Source of the DNA: Calcarisporiella thermophila CBS 279.70
Lineage: Eukaryota; Fungi; Calcarisporiellomycota
Length of the DNA stretch: 64,000 nucleotides
Direction: 5' to 3'
Assembly (NCBI RefSeq): GCF_041956535.1
Contig: NW_027192222.1
Coordinates: 207,477-271,476, forward strand
The notes beneath the pieces were generated by a model. That model had not been told where the DNA came from. It worked only from the letters and a program-made list of their open reading frames with translations, and made no database searches. Shown here one piece after another: positions 35,451 through 47,789 of this stretch; position 1 is the first letter of the stretch, and each line of letters starts with the position of its first letter. Both the position numbers and the translations under genes were made by a program.

Positions 35451-36017
35451 CCCAATTTTTTCAGACCCCAATTTGCAACCAAGCCACCTGGGAAGTGAAA
35501 AATATAGTTGAAACAACCATGTATCCTTCAATTCTTTGAGATATTAAGTAGATTAAGGCCGGGATTCAATTTTGGAGGTGGATAATTTGTTATTTTAAAT
35601 GTTCGAGATTCAAATGGAAAACAATGTAATAAAAAGATGAAATACTACTATATATAATAATAATATGTCCACAGAGTGTTATTCATTATTAGCAAAGTTG
35701 TCGAGAAAAAGAGAGAAAAGAATAGAAAATGAACAACATTTGAGGAAAGAGAGTAAACGGTTATCCACAATGACCAAATAATAAAAAAATAAAAGAAAAA
35801 TATCACATCAAAAAAAAAATTATATATAAAAGCGTACTAACTGTATAAAAGGAGAAGAAAAAAAAAAAAGAGATAAGAAAAAGAATAGATGAAAAGGAGA
35901 AAAATTCATATACACTTTTTACAAAACGAAGAGAAATATCCAAAATTCTTTAAAAGGAACCCCCACATACATAAATAATAATAGAAATATATATGTATAT
36001 ATATTTTGACTCGTGCG

Positions 36018-38793
36018 CTATTTATCGCCGGCTGCTTCTGCCTCCCCGTCCTCCTTCGCTTTCTCAGTCCCATTCCCATTCTCGTTCCCATTCTCAGTCT
36101 CTATCTCATTTTCGGTCTCCTTTTCCTTCTCTTTTCCTTTCTCCCCCTCTGCGGCGGAAATTCCCCCCTCCAACTTCTCCACCTTGGCAATCAAGTGCTT
36201 GCCATAGGTGTACTTGCGCAGGGTCGAGAGATGGGGACGGATCTTGGAGATGAGCACCTCGCGTTCTTCGGGAGCGGCAACCTCCAGCATCTTTTGTACA
36301 ACATAGTTTGCAAACTGGTCCTTCATCATCCCTACCAGGGCATTTTCATCGCTTATCACTTCAGCAATCAAATGCTGCCTGTCGGTGGGGCTTCCGAACG
36401 TAATACACTTCTCGACCACATTGCTTGCGAACTTGTGCTTGCTCAACTGCGCAACTTGCCCCTGGATCTGCGTACAGACCTGCGCTTTTTCCGTGGGACG
36501 CCCACGCTCAAGCACATGTTGGATCACATAGTTGCCGTACTGATCCAGGACAAGGTTGTTTGTGTACCGGTGAAGCTCGGCTAGCAGGGGCTTCTGTTGA
36601 ACACAGAGTATAAATAAGAGGATCGCAAAGCCAACCGATAAATCACACGGTTGCTCTTACCGTTTGCTCGTCAGTACAGTGTTCAAACATGCGCTGGATC
36701 ACTCTGCACCCATAAGGATGGGTGGCCAGATGGTACACCTGTCCCTGGAAAGCCTCGATGATAAACTGCACCTCACGGGCGGGCACCCGTTCAATCGCTT
36801 TCTGAATGACATGGTTTCCATTCTGGTCCTTCACACATTTGAGCACATATCCGTCCAGCTCCCGCACAAGCGCCGCCTGTTGATCCACAAGAACATGCTC
36901 CAACGCCTTTTGCACCACCCTACATCCGTACATCTGCAGCGACAACGCAAGGACGTGCCCTTGCATCTGCCGTGCTAAGAGGGTCTTCTGACGCTGATCG
37001 CCATGCTCGAAGAATTTTTGGATCACATAGTTTCCAAAAACATCCGTCATTAGCTGAAGCGAGTTGGGGAACACCTCGGCAAACACCATATCCTTCTCCT
37101 CGGTGGTAGCCGATTCCAATTTTTGCTGGATGAACCGTGAGCCATGTTGGTCGCCGCTGAATTCTACCACATGACCAGCAAGATCACTCAGCTCGTAGCG
37201 TTTATTTTTGCTGTTGCGGAACTCCTCAAGAAGCGGACTCCGCAACGGCTGAGAGGGGTCGAGGGTGGACCGACGTCCAGCCGTAGGTCGGCGCATCCAC
37301 TGCAAGCTCTGAAGGGCAAATTTTTTCTCAAGAAGGGCAGCATTGCGAGGATCGGTGAGGGGAGGGGTTCCACGTAACGAGGGAGAGTTGGAACCACTGG
37401 CAAGAGCGGCAGCGAGTTGCTGGCGCACAAGCATTTCGTTCGAGGGATTTGAGTAAGAGACGGGTTGGTTGAGGAGAGGATGAGCTCTCATAGCCAGGGG
37501 ATTACCTCCCATCATGAGCCCAGGGGAAGAGCGTGGGTCCACTGCCCCTGTTTGGTCCCAAGCACCTCCGTATATCTGAGGGCTCATCGCACCAGGGCTC
37601 ATTGTACCGGGACTCATCATTGTTGGGCTATTGGCAAGAAGATTGTATTCATGGAGAGCCTGCTGCTGCATCAAACGAGCTCGCTGAACAGCAAGCAAAT
37701 CATCCTACACATTGAAACAATATTAAAAGCATTAGTATAATGAGCAAGAGACGTCAAAGAGAATAAAATCATAGTACCGAAGCGTCATTTAGCCCCATGT
37801 TGCGCATCGCAAGCAGGAGTTCCATATTCCCATCTTGGGGCACCCCTCCAGCAGCTTGCCGCTGTGTTGGAGGAGTGGAATTCGCGCGAGGTGGGAGCTC
37901 GTTAAGGCGAGAGCGAAGTGGAGGTGAACGAGTCTTACTTCGCGCATCTGCATCCTCACCAACATCCAGCGCCGCATTTAACATTGAGTTTACAAGATGG
38001 GGATCGTCAGCAAGAGTTGAAGGATCATAAATGAGATGCCGCGGATCATATGCACTCTGGCTAGACGTCATATATTGTTGCTGCGGTGGAGATTGTGCAG
38101 CCATGGGTGAGCCTTGCCGCATTAGCCCAGCATAGTGACCACGTCTATTGCCATCTGGCGAATCCATAGATGGGCGCCAGATCGACGCAGAGGAAACTGC
38201 TGAGGAAGCAGCAGGTGAGAAGGAGGATTCAAATACGTTGGTCTGCTCATGACCAGAAAATTCTCTAGCTGAAAACGGCCCCGGATCCAATCCTGAAAAG
38301 CAAAAATTTGAAAAGAATTATACATGAAGCTAATAAAACAGGGAAGGATGAAAATAAAATATCGTCTTACCCAATCCTTGTTCTCTTGCAAAGTGATTTG
38401 CACTAGCAGCCGAAAAAGTCGCTGGACCATTTAAATCCAACCCCCCGCTCCATAATTGCCACGATGAACCAGGCGAAGTAGCCGAGATGCCTTGCAATCG
38501 CATTCGCGGATCCATCCGTACTTTACTTTCATCGGTTTGTGGCTCGTGAGGAAGCGGTGGGGCGCTATTTGAGCGATTAAAATTACCGTGCGGATCCATA
38601 TCCTGCTCATCGAATTTGCCCTGGAAGAAGGCGGCAAGTTGCTGTTTAGAAAAAGATTGTTTTAATTTTGAATCGTCAATAACTTCAGAAATCATCTATA
38701 TACCTGGCCATGTCTTTCGTTCATCGCCATCGGTTGGTAAATATTTGGTTTACTTTTATTCGCAGAACTATCTGCAAGCGTTCGTGGCAACAT
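36018..38793 (-). CDS. PUF3: Pumilio/PUF RNA-binding protein (Puf3/Pumilio type, 8 repeats), multi-exon
   Basis: RSPLLEEFR, then repeats SRFIQ, NYVIQ, CRVVQ, NHVIQ, CRVIQ, NYVIQ, SNVVE, NYVVQ (canonical UGUANAUA code). N-terminal RSNSAPP. ATG 38793 inferred from splice sites. Confidence 0.9.
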
Positions 38794-39535
38794 GATTGCA
38801 ACGGGATCCAAAGACTAAATAGCGAGCTTAGTCTGAATAAAAATAAAAATTACCGTTTAGCCATAATTTTCCCATGTTGATAAGAATAGAATAAAGATGC
38901 TCATCAAATAGTAGAAGCAAAATCGTGAAATAAATGGGAAATCTTTACTTACAATCAGATGGGATTTGAGGGTGTGTGCTCTCCTATCGGCTGAGATTGG
39001 CGATTGGATGGAGAAAAAAAAAAATTCTAACCAAAAAAAATATATATGGAGAAACAGGAGAGATAAAGAACAGGCAGGTAAAAACAATTAGAATAAACAG
39101 TAATCTTTTCCTTTTATACAATCCTCTTCTCTTATTTTATATATACACAATGAACTTCCTTTTAATTCTTTCCGCAATGGTCCCTAGCCTTCTTTCTCTT
39201 AAAAGCGCACCCACACCAGTAAAATCCGCCTCTAAAAGTTTATTTATTCATAAGCCACCTTAAATTGGAACGAAATTTAGATCTGGGGGGTGGAGAGTTT
39301 TCTGGGTCAATGCTCTCAGCTAATCCAGCAAAGCTGCGCATACCCGGGTATGTTAGCAAGATGCTCACCCCTTTGATGAAAAGGCCCTTTAAATTTGTTA
39401 TATCCTTCAACGAAAGCATAAAAAAATCAAAAATAGGGCAGGATATTTGGCCTTGTATGAGATTGATAAAATAATAAGCTCTGTTATTTTTATGTTCAAA
39501 ACAAAAAACACAAAAGACCTTAATCGAAACGCCAT

Positions 39536-40354
39536 TTAATGACCCAAGGCGACCAGCTGTTCTTGAATAGGCTTCAGCTCTGCCGCCTTGTCGGCAATAG
39601 CCTTCTGCTTCAACTGGGCAATGGCCTTCTTCCGCTGGAAGTAGGCCTGGCTCTTCACCTTGCGCTTCTCCTCGAGTTTCTTTACAATATCCTGGTACTT
39701 CCATCCGACTTCCTGGGAAACCTTACCGAGGCTGGTATATTTACGGCCGGGGCGGAGACGGAGAACGCGGAGAGCTTGGGGCACAACCATGCGCTTCATG
39801 CGATCATATGGAGGAGGAACACCCTCAAAGAGCTTGAGGCGATCTAATGCAGCCTGACCGCGAGCAGTCTTGTGCGGGATCATACCACGAACAGCCTTGT
39901 AGAAGATCCGGCTGGGAGCACGGAAGTGGAAGGGGCCGCGGGTTGGGTTCACGACGCAGCGCTTACGAAGATATTGCCAGTAGCGAACTGCATGAGAAAG
40001 AAAAAGAAAAGATATTCGTCAACAAAAAACGGGAAAATAAACCATTCAATAAATAGTAAAAACATACGCTTGTTACGGAAGAATGAGCCAGAGATGTTCA
40101 AATCCTCGCATCGCACGATCACAATGCGCTGACCAGAGAGGATCTGCTTGGCAACAATGGAGGCGAGACGACCAACGAGATGGCCCTTGCCGTCGATGAC
40201 AACCACCTAAATCAACACAGCATATAAATCAGAAAGGAGGCATTAGTACTAGAATGAACCGATTTAGAAATCGATCCAAGTTCTGTGTAGATCATTGCAA
40301 AAGGGTGATCCAATTTAACATCTGGACGAAAATAACCTTTTCAAATGTGCTCAT
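39536..40354 (-). CDS. RPL16: 60S ribosomal protein uL13 (L16/L13a), 3 exons
   Basis: MSTFEK / [21 protein letters not shown]...FFRNK / ...[28 protein letters not shown]. Confidence 0.96.
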
Positions 40355-43300
40355 CGTAAAGAATCAACTGCTACCGACGCGACAAAAAAAAGAGGAAGAA
40401 ACCACTTTGGCGGGTGTGCAGAGAATTTTTGTTTACGGTTGGAGGCGCAGTCTACACGAATGACGAAAAATTGGAATCTCCGAAGTTCATGGTAGATTGC
40501 AAGATAAGGGTAAAATCTAGCTACATCACCCTGCTCTATTCTTCTTTGCGCCGGACAGAAGGACAATACAGCTTATAATAGTGTGGGCGGTGAATATGTG
40601 TACATGTCATTACTTGAAAATAAAATTATATAGAACAATGGTATATTTTCGGCAGAAATAATAGACATTTACTCATGGTTGTTTAAATATACATCGAGGA
40701 AGAGATACGGTCACACTAAATAATCTATAATTAAATGACATCTCGTCGACGACAACATATCGCCCCATCTAAACAAGCTTATCACTTATAGATTATTCGT
40801 TAAGTTACGCACGCAGCATGCGACGTATGACGACGACCACATCGGGGACATACTGGAGGCTCAGGGCAAACATTCGAAGAGGTATAAATGGTCATCGATG
40901 GAGAGAATATGGACGAAAGACAGCCTGGTGTGTTAATTAGAACGCAATCTTTCCTAATAGATAGGAAAGCCGAGTACTGAGAGGAAAAGACAAATTCGCT
41001 AAAAAAATCGAGCGCAAGATAGTGAATGAATTAGTTTGGGAAAAACATAGTACGCCTACTGTATGTCCAAAAAGCTTTTCTATGGAGTCAGATATTGTAA
41101 ATATTTACAATTCGATGGTGCCATGCCTCGAATAAATTGCCCAAAAAATCACCTTTCTCTAATAGTCTCTTATATATGTGCTTCCTGGAAGTGAGTGAAA
41201 GGAAAAACACAACATATCCGCGATATATTTTGCTTTATATCTATGAGGTTGCGAAATTTGTAGCCTTTTCTTAACAAATTGATGTCTCGTGAGAGATAGA
41301 AAAGTGGAAAGAAATGCTGTATCTAAAAATTGCCGACTAAAATCAAGTCGCCTAATCTAAGGTTGCTCCTTACACGTCCCAATCATCCAATGAAGTCTAT
41401 TAAACCGCTTTTGTGAGCAAAAGCGTTAAGCCCATTTGCTTCTAGTCTTCTTTATGGATAAATCCGCAGGTCAAGCTGGACTCTTTGAATTTATTTTTCA
41501 ATTGACTTAAACATTAAACACAGCTGATATAGCTTGTTAGACTGCAATTGTTTCAACGATTGTACACTCATTTGTAGAATATATTTTGCAGATTCATTTA
41601 CAGTGCAGACCAGTCTGTAAATGGGAGGAGAAAAGAGCTTCTCGAAGGACATTCATATGTGAGTGGGAAAACGTGAAGCGATTTGAGAAGTGTTGGAAAC
41701 AGTGGGAACACACGGGAAGAAGATAAGAAGTTTAGGAATCTTGGAAGGATGAAAATAGCATTTGGTGAGGTGATTTTTGAAATCTGCATAAGAATCCTGT
41801 AAGGGGCTATCTCCCCGTAAATGGCCGGCCATTGAATATGGCCAGTTTAAGAATAAGCTGACTCGAGGAGATAAGCTGTGGAATTAAGGACCGATGTATA
41901 AAAAAGTGTGCCTTAGCATGCCAGGGGATGATGATTGCTCAAGTTTTCTAAGTTGCTATTTAAAAGCAATTACCAATCCAATATCTATTACGTAGGTATG
42001 ACGCTTCATCATTTGCGCTCTCTTCCTGAGATTAGACGGCGGCGACTTCACTGTGGCCAAATAGCCCGGTAAGATCAACAGACACTAATGAGGTGCCCTA
42101 GGCCGGTCTTCGAGTTCAGTACTAGGTGAGAATTAGGCGAGTACTAGGTGAGAATTGACCTTTATTTCCGTGTTTCACATTGTGGTAGCACAGGTTTAGC
42201 ATGACCAAATCATGTTTATCCATATTAGTTCATCCTTCAATCTTTATCTAATAGCCCTTTTGTGATCCTTGCAACCCTTATTAACACGGATCTGTTGTTG
42301 TAATAAGCTTTTAGTAAACAAAGAGCAGGCAAGCACCAATTGCCGCCCGGTGGCTAAAGAAGCGCGATTACACAGCGGTGGCCAAAAGGGATGTGACTAA
42401 GAGCCAGCCCTATTGGGGTTAGCGTGGAAGCTTAACTAACTGTTCGGAAAAGCAAATAATTAGAGTCTCCTTGAATGCTTGTTTTCATGAAAAAACAGGA
42501 ACGATCATGGTTGCGCAAATTGGTATTTCAACTTGGAAAATTTCAATTTGCGGTTTGTCGCTATTTTTCGCCGTGTTCACAGGGTCTAGCCTTGGCGAGA
42601 GATCGCTCTTGGGCAGCCGAGTCCGGTCTGACGCCCCCTTGAACACACTTTATGCAGTGACTAAGACATGCGCGTCGGCAAAACCCCACCGCACCCCCTA
42701 GCGCCGGCTAGCGCTCTTTTCTCGGCAAATCTTTCGCCTCAAGTCGACCGAGAGCTCTCACCCAAAAATTAATTGATCCGTGATGTTACACTGGAAAATT
42801 TCGGCCTGTAATTTGAGCTAGCTGGCGTGAGCGCGAATCCGAATTCTCACAATTCTCCCTCCCCCCATTTCCCCGTAGAATTCGTTTGATCTCCCCAATG
42901 ATCGGGCCACTGAGTGGTAGGCGGACCAAGTTAATGAAAAATGTCTCGAGTTCAGGGTGGACAGCCTTCTCTTTTACCTTTACAAGTTCATGTTTATAAA
43001 TTGGAAAAATTTAGAATCCTGCTTTCCTTTTTTTCAAAACACAATTCCTCAAACTTCCCCTCTTTCAAAAGAGCCTCATATAGCATTTCCGTTCATTAAA
43101 TACATTCCTTTGTGTATATTTCTCCTCATTTTTCTCCCTCGCTTTGCAATCTGTAAGACTTCCCGCATCCTTTCCTTCAATCTTTAGCATGTCCCTCTGA
43201 GTTATTCAAGCACACTCTGCGATCATAGCATCTTCTAACTCGTTGTTATTTTGTCTTCATTTTCCACCTACATTTGCCCTTTCCCCTCATTCCTCACTGA

Positions 43301-43515
43301 AAGACAAGAGAACCTCCTTCTTTTGTCTCTTAATTCAAGTCGTTTCAAAACTTTCATTCTAATTTCCTTCAATATTATTTATCATTACTCTATTCATACT
43401 TTATCTTTCACTCCCTTAGCATTGCATTATTTCTTTCCGGCTATCCCATCTTCTCAAGTTTAAACATATCTCTTTCTATCCACTTGTCTGTACTTATATT
43501 CACACTACAAGCATT

Positions 43516-45511
43516 ATGACGGGACAACACAGGAACTCCTTATCCGCCTCTCCATACAATGCTATGTCGATGTCTCAGGAGCAGCGACAAGAGCAGATCG
43601 AACAACTACGCTTCTTCCTCGCTACTGCGCCAGCCTCTATCCAACCAAATAGCGGACAATCGATGAACTGCTATAGACTTCCCAATGGCGAACAAATCAC
43701 GTGCGTCCTGTGGAAAAACCTTTTTCACATTACTTCGACGGACATTTTGCGAGCACTTGTATTCCGATTTGAAGCATTCGGGAGGCCGGTAACGAACCTA
43801 AAAAAGTTCGAAGAAGGCGTCTTCAGCGACATGCGCCATCTCCGCCCCGGAAGTGACGCGGTTCTTGAAGAGACGCGAAGCGAGTTTTTGGAGCTGCTGC
43901 ACAAAAACAACTGTATTCGTACTCTTAAGAAGCAAAAAGTGTATTACTGGTTCTCAGTTCCCCACGACAAACTCTTCCTTGACGCACTGGAGCGAGACAT
44001 TAGACGGGAACGTAAAGGATTAACTCCCACCAGCGTATCGGTAGCTGAGCCCGCCACCACTGTGAGCGCGGACATCACTGACAACGCATTCTTTGAACTG
44101 CGCCGCTCTTTGCTCGGGAATGAATCCGAAGGAGACGCCGAAAAGCCGACCACCCCCACAATCCCAATCGGCCTGCAATCCCAAGAGCATAATGAAGGCA
44201 AAACATCTCGTGAAAGCTCGGCAGAGGGGACCGAGAATATGGTTCAGTGGCCTACTCCCCCTCGATCGAGTACGACTCCTTCCCCCACCACCACCCAAAA
44301 CGAAGAGAAGTCTCCATCGCTCCAGACCACGCAGGAGAAAAACATTGACAGTGCTGAAGTCGTGCCTTCGGTCGCTTCAGACTTTGGCTCGCGTGTATGG
44401 GCCCGTTGGGAAAAAGCAGCTATCGCTGAGAGCTTTATTCCTCCTAAAGCCGGGTTCTATCCTGCTTACTCCCCGCAATTTTTTGGGCAATTCGATCCGA
44501 CCGCGGCGATATCTCCTACTGAGCTGCACGGCACCCCACAGTTGAATCTCCCATTTCGACGACAAACAGTGCCACCCTCTCCCTCATCCATAAGCCCCTA
44601 CTCGTTGGACAGCAAACGCCAACGTGCTGCGGCATCGGAGCCCCCAGGCTTAGGTGATAATATGATGTTCTCGGCAATGTCTGCTCTTCCAACGCCACAG
44701 CCTGAAGAAGATATGGGTTCCAACGTAAACGGATTTTCCGAGCCAAGGCCCTTCATTTGCCCGTACTCTGGGTGCACTCGTCAGTTTAAAGTAAGTCGTC
44801 TACTGAAATGAGCCTTCTTTTGCTCCAAACCAATCTAATAATCTAATAACCCTTTAGCGTATGCAACATTGGAAACGCCACATTCGCAGCTCTCATTCCA
44901 ACATACGCCCTTATGAGTGCCCTGTGTGCGGAAAAGGCTTCACTCGTTCGGATAGTCTCACCGTTCACAAACGTACGCATATCAAGCAGTTGGAGCATCA
45001 CCATCCAATTCAACAGGCTCTCATGTTCCAACAGCCTTCGCCAAGCGCAGAAGAATTCTATAAGATCGACCAGATCTTGCAGCAAAGAGGAGCTACGCGT
45101 TCAGCAAGTGTCTGCGGATATTTCGAGCCCTACCCTACACGACGCGACAGTAATGAACACCCATACTTGAAGAGAGTTGGTAGGAGCCGAAGTGAAACTG
45201 GGATGGAGTTTGGATTGGAGGCGTTCCGAATTAGGAGCGCAGACATGCATCCTGAGGAAGATATGGAGGATAATGATGAAGAGGATGAAGGGGTCAAGAA
45301 CTCTATAATAGAAGAACAGGAAGGGGAAGAGGAGGAGGAGGAGCAGGGCATGGAAGACGAAAGAGACGGCTCGCCAAACTCCTGGCTCTGTATGTCCTCG
45401 GAGGCCATGACCTCGCCCACCCCCTACTCACAGGATGGCTTTAATTCATTTTTTGTCTCGCCGTCCCAGCTAATGGTCAATACGGAAATGCCCACCTATT
45501 CAGGATTGTAA
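43516..45511 (+). CDS. STE12: Ste12-like transcription factor (STE domain + two C2H2 zinc fingers), 2 exons
   Basis: LRFFLATAP, ITCVLWKNLFHITSTDI, KKFEEGVFSDMRHL, KKQKVYYWFSVPHDKLFLDALERD. Intron 44791..44858 lies within the first finger. Confidence 0.92.
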
Positions 45512-46253
45512 AAATTACATGTTTTTCATCTCTCAAGTTTTCAAGTTCCATTGTTTCATAAATAACAAGCTGCACGTTAAATACTGTACGGTGTAATAGT
45601 TATCTCATTTTATTCCTTTCATTACACTCCAAGATGTTAAATAAATACATTCTATATAAGAGAGAAATAAACCTCCTTCTTACGAAAACATGAGAATATA
45701 TGGCTGGCATCATTTTCTAAATGTATGTCGAAACATGATGGTTAAGAGCAACATATTGTAGTGGTATCATCCATATTGAAAAGAATCTACTAAGTGAAAT
45801 TATGGAGTAGACATTGTATTAGAGTAGTAGATCTTTTCTTCACCTTGGAATGCAGAGCTTTGTGCAATGGATGTACTAGAAGCAATAATCACCCTTAGAG
45901 GCATGCAGTTTATTTAAGCACAAAGCATATTTAAACCATCATAAAGCTATTGGAAAATTGTATAGTGGTTTCCCTTGGGAGACTTGATCTCGCTCCTTGA
46001 AAGTTGCCGAATCTCCTATCCGGTGAAGCTGTCGCGAAATTTCTTTCAGGTGGATCAATATTATTAAACAAGATAGTATATGCTCATGTTTATTTTTTGG
46101 TGTATATGAATGTGAAGAGATAAAAAGCATAATTAGGTCTAGAGAAGATTATGATAAGAAAAAAGACAAAAGCTATTTAAAATTTATAAATATTTTTTAA
46201 TTCAAACGGAAAGTAGAATGTCAAAAACTCTGATAATATTAACCATTGGAAGA

Positions 46254-46715
46254 TCAACTCTTTTTGAACCCATATTTTTTTCGTTCATAGAAGAGATCTA
46301 ATGTAATAAAAATAGAGGGTTGAGTAACAATGGGATTTCATATAAAACTCGCAAGTTTAACCCACCAATCTTGGCTGATCCTAGATTAACGATCTTTGGA
46401 CATCCATCACGATCTTTCTCCATTCTTGTGCTATTATTAGTTCCAGCTATTAATAGGTGTGAGATCCAAATAAAAGAGAAGAATATTTTACCATTCTGCG
46501 CAATAATATGCATCACTGACTCCTGGTGCACCGCAAACTACACACCGATTTTGATATGATCCGTAATTACATTCGTCGCATATCCGGACCAACGTTGCTG
46601 GTCGTACTAAAGAATCGCATATGGGACACTTGCCATCGCAGCGTTCACAGAGACGCCCAATGGCAATTCCTGGCTGCTTGCGACACATAATAAGATCTGG
46701 ATGATGACGGGCCAT
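46254..46715 (-). CDS. RDS3: PHF5A/Rds3 SF3b splicing factor, 3 exons
   Basis: [30 protein letters not shown]...[43 protein letters not shown]. Confidence 0.96.
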
Positions 46716-46883
46716 TTGTTGGAATTTTAATCGAATAACTATGCTTCGAGGTGAAAATTTAATTTCCAAACTAAATAGGTGCTGTAGCAATCAAGCATTT
46801 CTAATGTGGCTCAATTCGTATACGTCATCAATTTCATGATTTGAATAGCATCTGGTATACCAAATGGGAATTTGTAAGCTTGA

Positions 46884-46987
46884 ATCAGACATACGAAATT
46901 TAGAAATAATTTCTAAATTTCGTATGTCTGATAGAAATCTCTTATACTTTGATTCTTCAATTATTGAAGAATCAAAGTATAAGAGAT
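46884..46987. repeat. Two adjacent perfect palindromes (24-bp arms 46884-46932; 25-bp arms 46937-46987; 1-nt centres)
   Basis: ATCAGACATACGAAATTTAGAAAT-A-ATTTCTAAATTTCGTATGTCTGAT and ATCTCTTATACTTTGATTCTTCAAT-T-ATTGAAGAATCAAAGTATAAGAGAT. Confidence 0.97.
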
Positions 46988-47026
46988 ATCTGAAAACTGC
47001 TAAATTTGAAATTTCTGTTCAATGAT

Positions 47027-47329
47027 TATCACCTGGGCCCACGGGCACTATTTGCATGCAACCCCAACTAGTGTACCGCAAGATCCACATATAATGTGAC
47101 ATGCCCCCTAGTGGTCGCTCTATATCCAATAGACATCTCACCGCTCGAATGCACGCACGCCTGAGGACACGGCAGTCCGAGTCCTCTCTGCCAGCCGCAC
47201 GCTCCCAGGTGTGCTTCAACGAGATATATTTGCCTCCATCGTCTCGCTGACGCCGCCCATAGCACCAGCTCTCTGCCATCTCCATTTGACTAATTCTGCC
47301 GACTCCCGATTTGATCCCGGATTGTGATA
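47027..47329. mobile_element. Possible solo LTR or small insertion element (about 300 bp GC-rich island)
   Basis: Bounded by inverted ATTATCAC...GTGATAAT and sharply GC-richer than its flanks. No clean TSD. Confidence 0.35.
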
Positions 47330-47789
47330 ATAGCGATGGGTGTAAAATAATTAATATTTTTGTCAAATTTTAAATATAATAGCATAGAACTAAGCAACTT
47401 ATGATTATAGTCAAGACTCTTAAGACTTAATAAATACCTTGCAGTATTAGCATCGCTATAATATGAAATTAATAAGATCTAAAATGGGAGCAATTTGCTC
47501 TCATGCTTGAAAGATTTTTATACTAAAGGGTGGAAAATTGTGACTTTTATAAAGTTTCGCCAGCAAACTGGACTGAATCCTGTTTTCGCAACTTTAGATA
47601 AGTTCTGATGGGAATATAAAACTGTGGGTTATATCTAGAATATTAAACAATAAGTCAAAAAAACGGCCCATTTCTCAATATCACTAAAAAGGACGGAGAG
47701 AAGAAAATATTGAAAAAAAAAAAGATACATGCAAATTACAAAAGAATATAAGAAACACCAGAGAGTTCAAAGTAGGATTTCTAGTGTGC

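Noticed and set aside
41798-41992. Possible solo LTR (TGTAAG...TTACG with TATA)
   Set aside because: No CA end, TSD or PBS.
42118-42156. 17-bp direct repeat AGTACTAGGTGAGAATT x2
   Set aside because: Only two copies with a 5-bp spacer; a simple local duplication, not a CRISPR array.
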